From contig CAVRCF010000001.1 of NCBI GenBank assembly GCA_963719505.1, positions 32,001 through 96,000 on the forward strand: a stretch of DNA of 64,000 nt, in the 5' to 3' direction. Under the pieces are notes generated by a model that had not been told where the DNA came from, made no database searches, and saw only the letters and a program-made list of their open reading frames with translations. Within the stretch, counting starts at the first letter, position 1. Every line of letters starts with the position of its first letter. Below, piece by piece: positions 1 through 10,606 of this stretch. Source of the stretch: Halobacteriovoraceae bacterium. Its GTDB lineage: Bacteria; Bdellovibrionota; Bacteriovoracia; Bacteriovoracales; Bacteriovoracaceae. The position numbers were made by a program, and so were the translations under genes.

Positions 1-345
1 TTTTCTTCCTGCCGTTTTTCTCACTTCTGCTTCTGAGAGAATCAGAAGTTTTGCAAGGTTTGCAAGGTGTCTACTTGAGGCAATAACATCTAAGTTTTTA
101 TGAAATTCATGCTTACCTTCACTTGGAGCGATAACATCATCTGGTCCGATATCACCGATAAGCCATTCCGGTATAAGTGTTCTTCTCACGTCAACGCCTA
201 GAGTCGAACTCAAATTGGCTTGTGAATCAAGGTCAATAACTAAAACCTTGTTTCCTTCATTTGCGAGGTGTGTTGAAAGCTGATAAGCCTGCATCGTTTT
301 ACCAACGCCGCCCTTATTGTTTGCAATTGTAATTACTTTTGCCAT
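1..345 (-). CDS. parA: ParA/Soj family ATPase (partial, runs off window start)
   Basis: Manual translation from ATG 345: MAKVITIANNKGGVGKT...KVLVIDLDSQANLS, deviant Walker A; RBS AGGGAG upstream. Confidence 0.9.
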   Translation of the reverse strand, partial: MAKVITIANNKGGVGKTMQAYQLSTHLANEGNKVLVIDLDSQANLSSTLGVDVRRTLIPEWLIGDIGPDDVIAPSEGKHEFHKNLDVIASSRHLANLAKLLILSEAEVRKTAGRK

Positions 346-507
346 GCGAACTCCCTTTCCGACAAAAAAAATCTTATATAGAAAATTGTAGGGGCATTAT
401 CACACTCCGTCAAAAAAAAATCTAAATAAAATTGGGGGGTTTGCGCAGCACTAAGACTTGAAAGCTTGCAGCATTTATGTTTAAAAGAAACTCTCAAAGG
501 AACGATT

Positions 508-1611
508 ATGATTAACTTTTATGAAGAGCAAGTCCCCCATAAGCCAGCAATTACCGAATCGGAATTGTCGGATGAACAAGTTATGGTTGAATTAAAAAAA
601 ATTAGAGAAGAGCTCGGTGAAAAGGTAGTGGTCCTAGGACATCACTATCAACAAGACGATGTGATCTCACTTGCTGATAAAACGGGTGACTCCCTTCAAC
701 TTGCAAAAGATGCTGCGGCTTTAGAAGCTGAATATATTATTTTTTGTGGCGTTCATTTCATGGCCGAAACTGCAGACATGCTCACAGCTCCTCATCAAAA
801 AGTTATTCTCCCTGATATGAATGCTGGATGTTCAATGGCCGATATGGCCAATAGAATTGAAATAGATAGATGTTGGAAGTATCTGCAAGAAAGTACCAAA
901 CAGACCATTATCCCTATCACCTATATAAACTGTGCCGCTCTTTTAAAAGATTTTGTCGGTGCTAATGAAGGTGCAATTTGTACCTCTAGTAATGCAAAGA
1001 AAGTTATTCAGTGGGCGTTGAAAAAAGGTGAGAAACTTCTGTTTTTTCCAGACCAACACCTAGGGAGAAATACCTGTTTTGAATTAGGGATCAAGCTCGA
1101 CCAGATGGTCGTTTACAACCCAAACCTTCAAAACGGTGGGTTAACGGCAAAGCAGATTGATGAGGCCAAAGTCATTCTGTGGTATGGGTACTGTTCTGTG
1201 CACCAGGGATTTACTGCGGAACAAGTAAAAGCCATTAAAAAAGATTCTCCAGAGACCACTGTCATCGTCCACCCTGAGTGTAATTTTGAAACCGTTCAAG
1301 CCTCTGACGATAATGGTTCAACCGCTTATATCATTGAAACAATTAAAGCTGCGAAGCCTGGAACAAAGTGGGCCGTGGGAACAGAGATTAACCTGGTCAA
1401 TAGACTGGCCCAGTGGTTTCCAGATAAGGAAATTATTTCTTTATCGCCTTACCAATGTCTTTGCACGACAATGTATCGAGTAAGACCGCGTTGGCTCCTT
1501 GAATCATTTAGATCCATAAAAAGAGGCGAACCAATAAACGTTATAACAGTGCCTGAAAGTGTTAAAAATAACTCTTTAAAAGCTTTGGATAGAATGCTAA
1601 AAATTTCATAA
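508..1611 (+). CDS. nadA: Quinolinate synthase
   Basis: LGHHYQ, GDSLQLA, FCGVHFMAETA, AGCSMADM, HPEC, C-x-TM motifs; likely start ATG 508. Confidence 0.95.
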   Translation: MINFYEEQVPHKPAITESELSDEQVMVELKKIREELGEKVVVLGHHYQQDDVISLADKTGDSLQLAKDAAALEAEYIIFCGVHFMAETADMLTAPHQKVILPDMNAGCSMADMANRIEIDRCWKYLQESTKQTIIPITYINCAALLKDFVGANEGAICTSSNAKKVIQWALKKGEKLLFFPDQHLGRNTCFELGIKLDQMVVYNPNLQNGGLTAKQIDEAKVILWYGYCSVHQGFTAEQVKAIKKDSPETTVIVHPECNFETVQASDDNGSTAYIIETIKAAKPGTKWAVGTEINLVNRLAQWFPDKEIISLSPYQCLCTTMYRVRPRWLLESFRSIKRGEPINVITVPESVKNNSLKALDRMLKIS

Positions 1612-1622
1612 GGAAATTATTT

Positions 1623-2783
1623 ATGATTTATGCTGATAATAATGGCTCTTGCCCATTACATCCAAAAGTAATTGAATATTTAAAAACGCGACTGGAAACA
1701 GGTCCTTACGCCAATCCCAATTCTATTCACAGCCTCGGTAGAAAAATGAACTTTGGTTTAGAAAAATGTCGAATGGTTTGTGCAAAGATTCTTGGGGCAA
1801 AGTCCAATCAAGTAACATTTAACTCCGGTGCCAGTGAGGGTGTCTCTCACGTTTTTCATTCAGTGCTTGCCGATAGATCAGACGGAAAAAATATAATTAT
1901 CACTTCAGGCCTTGAGCACGCAGTCGTTGTAAACGCGGCCAAATACTATGCCGAGCACAGAGGCTTTCAGGTTGTCACTGTTGGAGTCAGCCAAGACGGT
2001 ATTATTGATCTTGCTCACCTGGAAGAACTTTTAGGAAAACACAAAAACAAAGTCGCACTTGTGGCATTGATGGCCGCGAATAATGAGACGGGTGTCATTC
2101 AACCTTATAAAGAAATTGGAAAATTAGTTCTAGACCACGATTCAGAATATCTGTGTGACACGACTCAGTTTATTGGTAAAGCTCCTTTTAGTTTTTCTGA
2201 AAGTCATATTGATTACGCCGTTGTCAGTGGCCATAAAGTTGGAGCTATTATTGGTTCAGGGCTTCTCCTGGCCAAGAACCCTCACAACATGAAACCGATG
2301 GTTTTTGGTGGTGCTGTTCAAGAGTATGGAATTCGCGGGGGAACTCAAAACTATATCGGAGCAGAGACATTAGCCGTGGCCCTTGAAGTTTTTCAAAGCA
2401 ATATTGCTGACCTTGAAAGGGTAAGTCTCTTAAGAGAAGAATTTGAAAAAAATATAAAAGCTAAATTTCCTGACGTCGTCGTCATTGGGGATAAAGTGGA
2501 AAGACTTGCTTCAACAACATTAATCTCTAATCCAGGCATCCATGGGCAAGCTGTCCAGATCGAACTTGAATCCAATGAAATTTTTGTCACGACTTCATCA
2601 GCTTGTTCAGATAATGAGCCTGTCACATCAAAAGTCTTAAAGTCTATGGCCATCGATGATAAGGTAGGACGTGGAATTGTACGAATAAGCTTTTGTATGG
2701 GAGTCTCTCAGAAAGCTTATAACGAAGTAGAGGATGCACTTACTAATGCTTACAAGAAACTTGCCAAAATTCATAGTTACTAG
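1623..2783 (+). CDS. iscS: Cysteine desulfurase (IscS/NifS family)
   Basis: ANPNSIH, NNETG, SGHK (PLP Lys), SSACS (catalytic Cys); follows the Fe-S enzyme NadA. Confidence 0.9.
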   Translation: MIYADNNGSCPLHPKVIEYLKTRLETGPYANPNSIHSLGRKMNFGLEKCRMVCAKILGAKSNQVTFNSGASEGVSHVFHSVLADRSDGKNIIITSGLEHAVVVNAAKYYAEHRGFQVVTVGVSQDGIIDLAHLEELLGKHKNKVALVALMAANNETGVIQPYKEIGKLVLDHDSEYLCDTTQFIGKAPFSFSESHIDYAVVSGHKVGAIIGSGLLLAKNPHNMKPMVFGGAVQEYGIRGGTQNYIGAETLAVALEVFQSNIADLERVSLLREEFEKNIKAKFPDVVVIGDKVERLASTTLISNPGIHGQAVQIELESNEIFVTTSSACSDNEPVTSKVLKSMAIDDKVGRGIVRISFCMGVSQKAYNEVEDALTNAYKKLAKIHSY

Positions 2784-3897
2784 TTTTTCTTTTCTTCTGA
2801 TTGCCTGTTCTTCAACACGAACCCTTATGCATGAAAATGAAACGCAAAGTGGTCACAATAAACTTTACTCCTATCCAGAAAAATTTCCGATGCAATCATT
2901 AACCTCTTCACAGCAGCGAATAATTTTTGCCTCTATTAATGATTTACAAGCCAAACTAAATCCCAAACTTGAAAAGGGAATCAAAGTCGGCGGGAAGGAC
3001 TTATTAAAAAGATACTTAGAGATTTTAAAGGAACAGTACCCCAATGAAGTTATGGTTGTTGATGCTGGAAACTTCACTCATCCAAGCCTTGACCCAGCAC
3101 AAGTCATAGACTTCTATAATAGCATTGATCTCGATGTCGCGGGACTTGGCTACAATGAACTCAACCTCGACCACAGAAAACTAAAGTACCCCTTCATTCT
3201 CACCGGCTCTCTTAGTAAAGCTAAGTTTAAAGCCCTTAATGCTAATCTCTACGATCTAGAGGCATCCAAAAGAACGAACTGGAGACATACAAATAACACG
3301 GCCATTTTCAAACAAGGAAAACTCAAGATTGGTTTTACTAGCGTGATTGGACGAGAGAAAGCTTTAGGATTCACCGATAAAATGAATGGATTTTACGCTA
3401 AAGATATTGCACAGACTATCGTCTCTGAAGCCACTTGGTTAGACAAAAAAGGAGCTGATCTGATTGTAGTCCTTGCTCACACAGATGGAACTTGTGATAA
3501 GAATAAGACTCTTCCCAAAGGAAAATACAACTTTGATCCCAGTGATGACTCAAGTTGTGATAAAGACTCTGAAATATTTAAGGCTTATAAGCTTATTCCA
3601 AAAAACCTTGTCGACATCGTGTTTTTATCAGGATCTGAGTCAAAAGTTGCCAACGCGATCGATGATATAGCAACAGTCCAAAATTTTGGAGATGGTGAGT
3701 ATATCTCTGTTACGGAAGTCATTTTTGATCGAGAATCTAAAAAGCTTGAAGGTATTTACCTCCATCAACCAGTAAGACTTTGTGAAAGCTTTCTCAAAGA
3801 CAACCAAGACTGTTTTGTTGAAAATGGTGATAACTTAGAAATTGTTCCGGCAAAATTTTTAAATAGTAATATTATTCACAATAAAGAGTCCCATTAA
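2734..3897 (+). CDS. Lipoprotein, 5'-nucleotidase/metallophosphoesterase N-terminal-like
   Basis: Lipobox LLIAC; SINDLQ, VVDAGN, LGYNE, VVLAH resemble degenerate calcineurin-like motifs; start possibly TTG 2761. Confidence 0.65.
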   Translation: MHLLMLTRNLPKFIVTSFSFLLIACSSTRTLMHENETQSGHNKLYSYPEKFPMQSLTSSQQRIIFASINDLQAKLNPKLEKGIKVGGKDLLKRYLEILKEQYPNEVMVVDAGNFTHPSLDPAQVIDFYNSIDLDVAGLGYNELNLDHRKLKYPFILTGSLSKAKFKALNANLYDLEASKRTNWRHTNNTAIFKQGKLKIGFTSVIGREKALGFTDKMNGFYAKDIAQTIVSEATWLDKKGADLIVVLAHTDGTCDKNKTLPKGKYNFDPSDDSSCDKDSEIFKAYKLIPKNLVDIVFLSGSESKVANAIDDIATVQNFGDGEYISVTEVIFDRESKKLEGIYLHQPVRLCESFLKDNQDCFVENGDNLEIVPAKFLNSNIIHNKESH

Positions 3898-4690
3898 GAC
3901 AGATAACCCGCAATCCTTCTTGGCAAAAACCAACGGGGCTATCATTAACGCAATAAAACCCCATATCCATGCCACTTGTTTCAACGCCCCTGATACAGGC
4001 GACTTCATTTTTTTCTCCGCAGCGATCGATACCGCATATTCTGGAGTAGCCTTGGGAACATTTAGAGTTCACTAAAAAGTAGCTTGCCCCTTCACAACTT
4101 GAGCATCGATCAAAGGTGACTGAGCAATCATCTTCCACTTTTTTACAAATATCTCCCTCTTTGAGAAGAACTGTTTTGGCTTTGGTTAAAATCGGTGCAG
4201 CAAATTCAATAGAGATATCACTTGAAGATTTTAAAACTGTTCGTATTGTGGGCTTTGGAATATTTAAAAGGTCATACTGGATATTTTCCTCATCCATTCG
4301 AAGCATTAAAGATTGACCTTCAAGTTTAATTCCAAAATTATGAATTGAGCTTTTTACTGCATAGGGCTTTTTTAAAAAGAGCTCATTACAATCTAGGTTT
4401 TGAGGGTTTTCAACAATAGAGACCGCTCCATCATTAAGAGTAGAAACCCTATAAAAAAGGCAATCACTTATACCCTTAAAATCACTTTGATAGTAGTGGA
4501 TCCTCAGCAATGGTTGAATCGTTCCTTTTGGTTCTTGAATATCTGAGAGGCTTTCATAGTTTTCGTTTATTTTTTCGACTTTATAGGCCGCAAACCACCT
4601 TTTATTGGTCTTGGCATAAAAAAAATCTTTTTTCACTTCTTGGCATGAAACGAGTAAAAAACAAATAAAGCTTAGTAAGTAAGCATACAT
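3872..4690 (-). CDS. Hypothetical lipoprotein with Cys-rich C-terminus
   Basis: LLVSC lipobox, many Cys in last 90 aa; overlaps upstream gene. Confidence 0.65.
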   Translation of the reverse strand: MYAYLLSFICFLLVSCQEVKKDFFYAKTNKRWFAAYKVEKINENYESLSDIQEPKGTIQPLLRIHYYQSDFKGISDCLFYRVSTLNDGAVSIVENPQNLDCNELFLKKPYAVKSSIHNFGIKLEGQSLMLRMDEENIQYDLLNIPKPTIRTVLKSSSDISIEFAAPILTKAKTVLLKEGDICKKVEDDCSVTFDRCSSCEGASYFLVNSKCSQGYSRICGIDRCGEKNEVACIRGVETSGMDMGFYCVNDSPVGFCQEGLRVICLNGTLYCE

Positions 4691-5706
4691 CGGAATGCCC
4701 CCTTTACCTCTTCTTTCGTTTTAGAGTTTACTCTTAAACCAATTTGATGAACCGGTGAACTCCAAGGATGAAAAAAACTCGACTCGCTTAAGTTTTGATC
4801 CGGATTAAACTTATTCACAACAATTTCGGGATAATTTCCAAGAACATTGTGCAGCCCCATCCATGATACGGCCATTGGCTCTTGGTAAATATATGGCTTT
4901 ACAGATTCACAGTCTTTTGAATAGAGATTTCCACAATCAGTATTTGATAATTTTTCAACATTGATTTTATCTCTTTTGGAAAAGTGATAGCGATGTTTAA
5001 AAAAGTAGGAATCATTTGAGGGAAAAAAACTTGCCGCATCAAGATAGCGTGCCTGTAAAAGCTGTCGACCAATACTACTACAGTACCTCTCTTTCTCTTT
5101 AAGCGTGAGATTGGTGCTTGGAGCATACAGAGGTTCATCAATATTTTGATTCCAATAAGACACATCGAGATTTGTTCGATAATTTTTGTCGATATAAACA
5201 GATTGATTGATATTATCCCAAAGATTATCCACACCCTTAGGCCCTTGTGAATACTTATTTGATGGCAGATAGGTATCCTTACAGGTATCAAGCAGTCTTA
5301 AGCTAAAATTGAGCTTTCCAACTGCGTAAGTGATAATCGGATTTTGTTTTTTATCTAAATAAAAATCCACTCTTTTATATTTTTTCTTACCTATCTCAAC
5401 TGTTCCCACCGAATTGGTCAAACAGTCGATATAAACTGGATTGCAGTGGAGAAAGTCTGGGTGATAAAGTGAGTTTCTTAAGCTGATCTTGTCACATTTA
5501 AAGCTTGTGAGTGGGAAACTTTCTGAACTACCGCTAAGCCAGGCTTTATTGAGTTGTTCACTCAAGTCCTTGACCTCACTAATGTAGTTAATATTCTCTT
5601 CCTCAGCTCCTCGAACCCGAGTAAAATAGTATGCCAAAAGGGCAATTACTATTAGGAGGATAATCCCCCAAGACTTTGATATAATAGAAAAAAGATATTT
5701 AAGCAT
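4672..5706 (-). CDS. Membrane-anchored protein with FGE-sulfatase (C-type lectin fold)-like domain
   Basis: N-terminal TM; WMGLHNVLGNYPE and terminal GAFRC resemble GLYDMxGNVxEW...GFRC. Confidence 0.5.
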   Translation of the reverse strand: MLKYLFSIISKSWGIILLIVIALLAYYFTRVRGAEEENINYISEVKDLSEQLNKAWLSGSSESFPLTSFKCDKISLRNSLYHPDFLHCNPVYIDCLTNSVGTVEIGKKKYKRVDFYLDKKQNPIITYAVGKLNFSLRLLDTCKDTYLPSNKYSQGPKGVDNLWDNINQSVYIDKNYRTNLDVSYWNQNIDEPLYAPSTNLTLKEKERYCSSIGRQLLQARYLDAASFFPSNDSYFFKHRYHFSKRDKINVEKLSNTDCGNLYSKDCESVKPYIYQEPMAVSWMGLHNVLGNYPEIVVNKFNPDQNLSESSFFHPWSSPVHQIGLRVNSKTKEEVKGAFRCMLTY

Positions 5707-5722
5707 ACTTAAGGAATTTTAT

Positions 5723-7933
5723 ATGGATTGGTTAGGAGAAGTAAACAACGAAAAAGAAACGAGTTCTCAGATATACTCTTTCAATGAGTATATGGACGTC
5801 TTTGAGAAGAATACCAAAAGAGAACTTCGAACGACTGCCCATTATCTAAAAGATATGTTCGACTTCTATGGAAAAGATGAGCACGGTGATTTCAAACTCT
5901 TTAAACGCTCTCATCCAGGGGCTCCTCAAGTTGCAGGGCAATTTAGAACTCAAGAAAAAATTTACGATAACCTCATTAATTTTACTGAAGAGGGCTTCAA
6001 TAATAAATTTATTCTTCTCGTTGGACCCAATGGTTCATCTAAATCATCTCTCATAAAAAAAATTATGAAAACAATGGAGGATTACTCAAAGCTAGAAGAG
6101 GGTGCGCTTTTCACTTTTAGTTGGGTCTTTCCCATTGATAAACATACTAAAGGCAGTCTTGGTCTAAGTTCAAGACAGATTGAAAAGCATATGAGTAGTT
6201 TTGCTCACCTAGAAGATAATGATATATCGGCCATCTTAACCAGTGAGCTTAAAGATCATCCCTTTTTAATTTTACCCCTTAAAACGCGACAAAAAATGAT
6301 TGAGGAGGCTTTAGCAGACGAGCCAGATCTCTTAGAATCAGTGAAGGCCAGTCACCTCTATCATGGTGATCTCTCAAAAAGAAACAGGCTTATTTTTGAT
6401 GCTCTTTTAAAAAATTATCACAATAACTATGAAGAAGTTTTTAAACATATTAGAGTTGAGCAGTTTAACATCGATAAGCGCTACTCTATTGGAGCGTCAA
6501 CTATAGAACCTCAACTTCATGTGGATGCAAGGCTTCAACAAATTACAATGGATAAAAGACTTGCGTCACTTCCACCAAGTCTTCAATCGTTAAATCTCTT
6601 CAACCTCGATGGTGAAGTTATTTTGGCCAATAGAGGAATCTTAGAATTTTCAGACCTTCTGAAAAGACCCCTAGATACTTTTAAATACCTTCTTATGACT
6701 ATGGAGACTAAAACCATTAACCTTCAAGGTATTCTCACAGAATTAGATATTTTCTTTATGGGAAGCTCCAATGAAGTTCACTTCGAAGCTTTTAAACAGC
6801 ATCCTGATTTTAAATCCTTTAAAGGCAGATTTAGCTTTTTAAAAGTTCCCTACCTTCTCGACTTTAGAGAAGAACAAATTATCTATGAAGATCAAGTACT
6901 CAATGTAAAAGAGAAGTCTGTCTTTGAACCTCACGCCCTGGAAGCTCTTTGCTTATGGTCTGTTATGACAAGGATGAGACACCCTCAAGGAAAAAACTAC
7001 CGAGACACAAAGCTTTCAGAAATTGCTGAAAAGCTCACTCCAATAGAGAAAGCTCTTCTTATATCTGAAGATAAAATGCCAGACTATCTCAACCAAGAAG
7101 AGAGACAGATTTTAAAGCTTGGTAAGCGTGACATCATGTTTGAATTTGAAAACGATCAAATGTATGAAGGGAAATTTGGAATCTCTCCTAGAGAGATTAA
7201 GCAAATCATTTATGAGCTATCAAACCAAGAAGAGGTTGTAACCTTTATCGAGGTTTTAGACTATCTCAAAGAGATCTCTGAGATAAAAGCTGAATATGAC
7301 TTTCTCAATATTGGGGCCCAGGGCGACTATCACAATCCTAAAAAGTTTCACTATCAAGTTGAGCAGTACTGTTTAGGTCTTTTTGACAACAAGCTTCGTG
7401 ACTCTTTAGGACTTGTTGATAATAGATCATACGAAGACTATATTCAAAAATACGTTGCTCATATCAATGCTATTATTAAAAATGAGAAAATTAAAAACAA
7501 TGTCACCGGAAAGTACGAAGATCCGGATATGTATTATATCAAAGAGTTTGAGACGAATATTCACCTCAAAGAAAATGCTGATAATTTTCGCTCTCATATT
7601 TTAAGTAAACTTGGTGCCTACTCTTTAGACAATCCAGGAAAGAAAATTATCTACACTGAGGTTCTCGACAATATTACAAAGCTTCTAAAAGAAACTTTCA
7701 GAAACGAGCAAAAAAAGATTATCGACTCTGTCGGTAAGAATCTCGTTTTCTATATGGAAGAGCTGGATAATAAAAAGAACAATAGAACAACTTCATCTGG
7801 CTTAAAAACAGAAGCCAGAACTCAAATTGTTACCATCATGGACCATCTTATCAATAGTCACGGCTATAGCGAGAAGGGTGCCATTAGTTGTTTAAAGTTT
7901 CTCTTGAAAAAAAGATATGACTCCGCTCAGTAA
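5723..7933 (+). CDS. prkA: PrkA/YeaG-family AAA serine protein kinase
   Basis: Walker A GPNGSSKS; ANRGILEFSDLLK; GISPRE. Confidence 0.9.
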   Translation: MDWLGEVNNEKETSSQIYSFNEYMDVFEKNTKRELRTTAHYLKDMFDFYGKDEHGDFKLFKRSHPGAPQVAGQFRTQEKIYDNLINFTEEGFNNKFILLVGPNGSSKSSLIKKIMKTMEDYSKLEEGALFTFSWVFPIDKHTKGSLGLSSRQIEKHMSSFAHLEDNDISAILTSELKDHPFLILPLKTRQKMIEEALADEPDLLESVKASHLYHGDLSKRNRLIFDALLKNYHNNYEEVFKHIRVEQFNIDKRYSIGASTIEPQLHVDARLQQITMDKRLASLPPSLQSLNLFNLDGEVILANRGILEFSDLLKRPLDTFKYLLMTMETKTINLQGILTELDIFFMGSSNEVHFEAFKQHPDFKSFKGRFSFLKVPYLLDFREEQIIYEDQVLNVKEKSVFEPHALEALCLWSVMTRMRHPQGKNYRDTKLSEIAEKLTPIEKALLISEDKMPDYLNQEERQILKLGKRDIMFEFENDQMYEGKFGISPREIKQIIYELSNQEEVVTFIEVLDYLKEISEIKAEYDFLNIGAQGDYHNPKKFHYQVEQYCLGLFDNKLRDSLGLVDNRSYEDYIQKYVAHINAIIKNEKIKNNVTGKYEDPDMYYIKEFETNIHLKENADNFRSHILSKLGAYSLDNPGKKIIYTEVLDNITKLLKETFRNEQKKIIDSVGKNLVFYMEELDNKKNNRTTSSGLKTEARTQIVTIMDHLINSHGYSEKGAISCLKFLLKKRYDSAQ

Positions 7934-9003
7934 TGGGTGAAATCTATAAGAAATTTTCAACCACACTCTACGAAGCTCGCTATAAAGTTGAAGAAGATCA
8001 AAACGGCATGCGACTGGATCAGTACTGCGGTGACTTCTTAGCATCCTTTTCTAGGCAAGCTATTAAAAGAAAAATTGCAAGAGGTGAGGTTCGAATTATT
8101 GATAGACCTTTTCCCCATAAGCCCAGTGTTAAAGTTTATGAAAACGAGCATATTGTTTTCACCACTCCAAGAGGAGATCTTGAAGATGAGTACTGGCGAG
8201 GGGAAAAGCTAGATCTGGTCTTTGATCCAGAAGTCATATTTGAAGACGAAGATATTATCGTTATTGGAAAACCAGCTTATATGACCACTCACCCCTCAGG
8301 AAAACATCTGTTTAACTGTGCGACTGTCTACTTTGAAGAAAAATATGAACACACCATTCATTCCATCCACAGACTCGACAGAGAAACCAGTGGAGTCTTA
8401 GCTTTGGCCAAAAATCCCAAAGCCGCTGGAAAAGTTACGGCCCTTTTTGAAAAAGACCTCGTCTCTAAATGCTACTTTTTTATCGCTCATAATAATAACA
8501 CCAGTGAGTTTCCCTTTACGGCCAAACAAAGAATGGGTGATCTTTCAGACTTTATTCCTAGGCTCTTTGTTCACTGCTTTGATGAAGACTCAAAACAAGG
8601 CAAGCATGCTGAAACTCATTTTAAAAAGTTATACGCAAATGAAGACTACGTTATCGGTTTAGCTTTTCCAAAAACTGGAAGACAGCATCAAATTCGGGTT
8701 CACGCCGCATTTCACGGTTTCCCCCTCGTTGGCGATAAGCTCTACAACGGTGATCCCACGATCTTTATGCGCTTTAAAGACGAAGTGGCCACCGCTGAAG
8801 ATCACGATAAAATGGATCTCTCTCGCCACGCTTTACACGCCACAGGACTATGCTTTCCCTACAATGGCCAGCGCCAGCTCTTTCGTGCAAGTGTTCCCAA
8901 AGACTTGAGACAATGGATGGAAAAAAATATGAAAGAAGTAAACTTAGAAAAAATAGATTTAGAAATCAGCGCTTTGATCAAAGATTTCTTTCAGATGAAA
9001 TAA
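7933..9003 (+). CDS. RluA/C/D-family pseudouridine synthase
   Basis: S4-like N-terminus, HRLDRETSG, TGRQHQIRVH, GDKLY. Confidence 0.93.
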   Translation: MGEIYKKFSTTLYEARYKVEEDQNGMRLDQYCGDFLASFSRQAIKRKIARGEVRIIDRPFPHKPSVKVYENEHIVFTTPRGDLEDEYWRGEKLDLVFDPEVIFEDEDIIVIGKPAYMTTHPSGKHLFNCATVYFEEKYEHTIHSIHRLDRETSGVLALAKNPKAAGKVTALFEKDLVSKCYFFIAHNNNTSEFPFTAKQRMGDLSDFIPRLFVHCFDEDSKQGKHAETHFKKLYANEDYVIGLAFPKTGRQHQIRVHAAFHGFPLVGDKLYNGDPTIFMRFKDEVATAEDHDKMDLSRHALHATGLCFPYNGQRQLFRASVPKDLRQWMEKNMKEVNLEKIDLEISALIKDFFQMK

Positions 9004-9693
9004 AACACCATTGGCACCGGCGTTTTCTTTTCCTTCGAGAATAATTTTAGGTTTATATTCTAATTCATCTAAAACAGAGATGATATTACTCACACCTACT
9101 GAATTTTGAAAATCCTTAAACATAGATTCATCGTTTAAAGCATCACCATAAAAAATTGATTGATCTGGACTTATATGAGGAAACTGATCTTTCATCAGCG
9201 TTTTTACTCCGCGACTTTTAGAGATATCACCAATCCAAAAATTAATATGAACATTTGACCTAGAGAAGTTTGCGCCTTCTTTTAATAAAAACGCTTCAAC
9301 CTTCTCAACCGCAGCTTTACTCATTTGAGAAAACTCTATGGCCCTATCAGTTCTTCTTCCAAAAGAATCTGCACTTAAAACAACCTGTGGAATTTCACTG
9401 ATAAGTCTACTTGTAAGGTCTTCCAACTGCTTGATCTCAGCAGCACTGACAAGATTTTGTTCAATGATATGACCTTCTCTATTTTTAGAGACGATAACAC
9501 CTCCACCTTCCATCACAACATGCTTTACCGGAAAGTGAGTCACAAAGAAATGTCCCCAAGAAAGTGAGCGTCCTGAGACGATGACGAGTGTAGAATTATT
9601 CTTTTCAATAAGGTCTAAAAGCTCAAAAAAAACGGCACCCAATTTACCGTTAATCGTAAGGGTGCCATCGAAGTCAGAAAATACTAATTTCAT
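8959..9693 (-). CDS. HAD-superfamily (IIB) hydrolase
   Basis: SDFDGTL, VSGR, K, GDALND motifs. Confidence 0.88.
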   Translation of the reverse strand: MKLVFSDFDGTLTINGKLGAVFFELLDLIEKNNSTLVIVSGRSLSWGHFFVTHFPVKHVVMEGGGVIVSKNREGHIIEQNLVSAAEIKQLEDLTSRLISEIPQVVLSADSFGRRTDRAIEFSQMSKAAVEKVEAFLLKEGANFSRSNVHINFWIGDISKSRGVKTLMKDQFPHISPDQSIFYGDALNDESMFKDFQNSVGVSNIISVLDELEYKPKIILEGKENAGANGVLFHLKEIFDQSADF

Positions 9694-9696
9694 TAA

Positions 9697-10305
9697 TTAT
9701 TGAAGTGGTAGTGAAACACCGAAAACCACTGAAGAATAACTATTTCTTAAAGAAAAGTTAGTCTCAACGTTTCCAACAAGATTTTCCATTCCTGCAATAT
9801 TTAATCTACCCGTGATACCAGCAGCTAAAGCAGTTGAAGTCTCATATGTATTTTCGTCTGTGTTTAAACCAACTTGAACTGGTAAAGATAAGAATGGGAA
9901 AGCTTCTCTTCCCCAAAAAGCAAAACCTTTTGAGATAATTGGAGCGACTCCAAAAGAGTTTACTCTATCATCATTAATTCTAGCTGTTTCAAGAAGGGCT
10001 TTAACAGAAATTCTTGGCTGTCTTCCATAATCTGGGATGATTTGAAAATCTGCACCAGCAAAGAGTCTATTTTCTCTTTCACCATCAGTAATTCCAAAAC
10101 CTGCGTCAAAGTTTACCGCTTCATTAAGTCTGTTGAAATATCTAGCTTCGATCCCAGCTCCCGCACCATTAGTGTTGTAACTTGTGAACTCAGTTGTAAT
10201 AACTTGTTTTCTTATTTCGAAAGGGTGAGTTGAAACACCGACTGTAGTTGCTGTTGCAGCGCCTGTAATCAAAAGTGCGCCTAATGCCATGCCTAATCTT
10301 CTCAT
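9697..10305 (-). CDS. Putative outer-membrane beta-barrel protein
   Basis: Signal peptide, alternating beta-strand pattern; ATG 10305 with GAGG RBS. Confidence 0.6.
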   Translation of the reverse strand: MRRLGMALGALLITGAATATTVGVSTHPFEIRKQVITTEFTSYNTNGAGAGIEARYFNRLNEAVNFDAGFGITDGERENRLFAGADFQIIPDYGRQPRISVKALLETARINDDRVNSFGVAPIISKGFAFWGREAFPFLSLPVQVGLNTDENTYETSTALAAGITGRLNIAGMENLVGNVETNFSLRNSYSSVVFGVSLPLQ

Positions 10306-10447
10306 AATAACCTCTTCTCCCACTGGGAAATGTTCTCAATTGTTTGCTAGTCATAGTCTAAAGAAATCGCCATGGGACGTCAATTTTAGAATGGATTTTA
10401 GTCGGGATTGCCGCACAGCAAAGTCTTCAATTTCCTTCAAGTTTAGG

Positions 10448-10477
10448 TTGACGACTAAGGGGGCTATAATCTATAAC
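10448..10477 (+). promoter_or_regulatory. Putative sigma70 promoter of tRNA-His
   Basis: TTGACG (10448) with TATAAC 18 bp later (TATAAT also at 10465). Confidence 0.45.
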
Positions 10478-10497
10478 ACTAATACTGAAATTTCTGC

Positions 10498-10574
10498 GGT
10501 GGGCGTAGTTCAGTTGGTAGAGCAGCAGATTGTGATTCTGTTTGTCGTGGGTTCGAGCCCCATCGTCCACCCCA
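10498..10574 (+). tRNA. tRNA-His (GTG)
   Basis: Cloverleaf: G-1, acceptor GTGGGCG/CGTCCAC, anticodon arm GCAGA-TTGTGAT-TCTGT, T loop TTCGAGC, C discriminator, encoded CCA. Confidence 0.97.
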
Positions 10575-10606
10575 TTTTTCAGCATCATTTTATCGAATGC
10601 TTTCAA

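Noticed and set aside
4672-5706. Diversity-generating retroelement target
   Set aside because: FGE/CLec-like fold only; no reverse transcriptase or template/variable repeat pair seen
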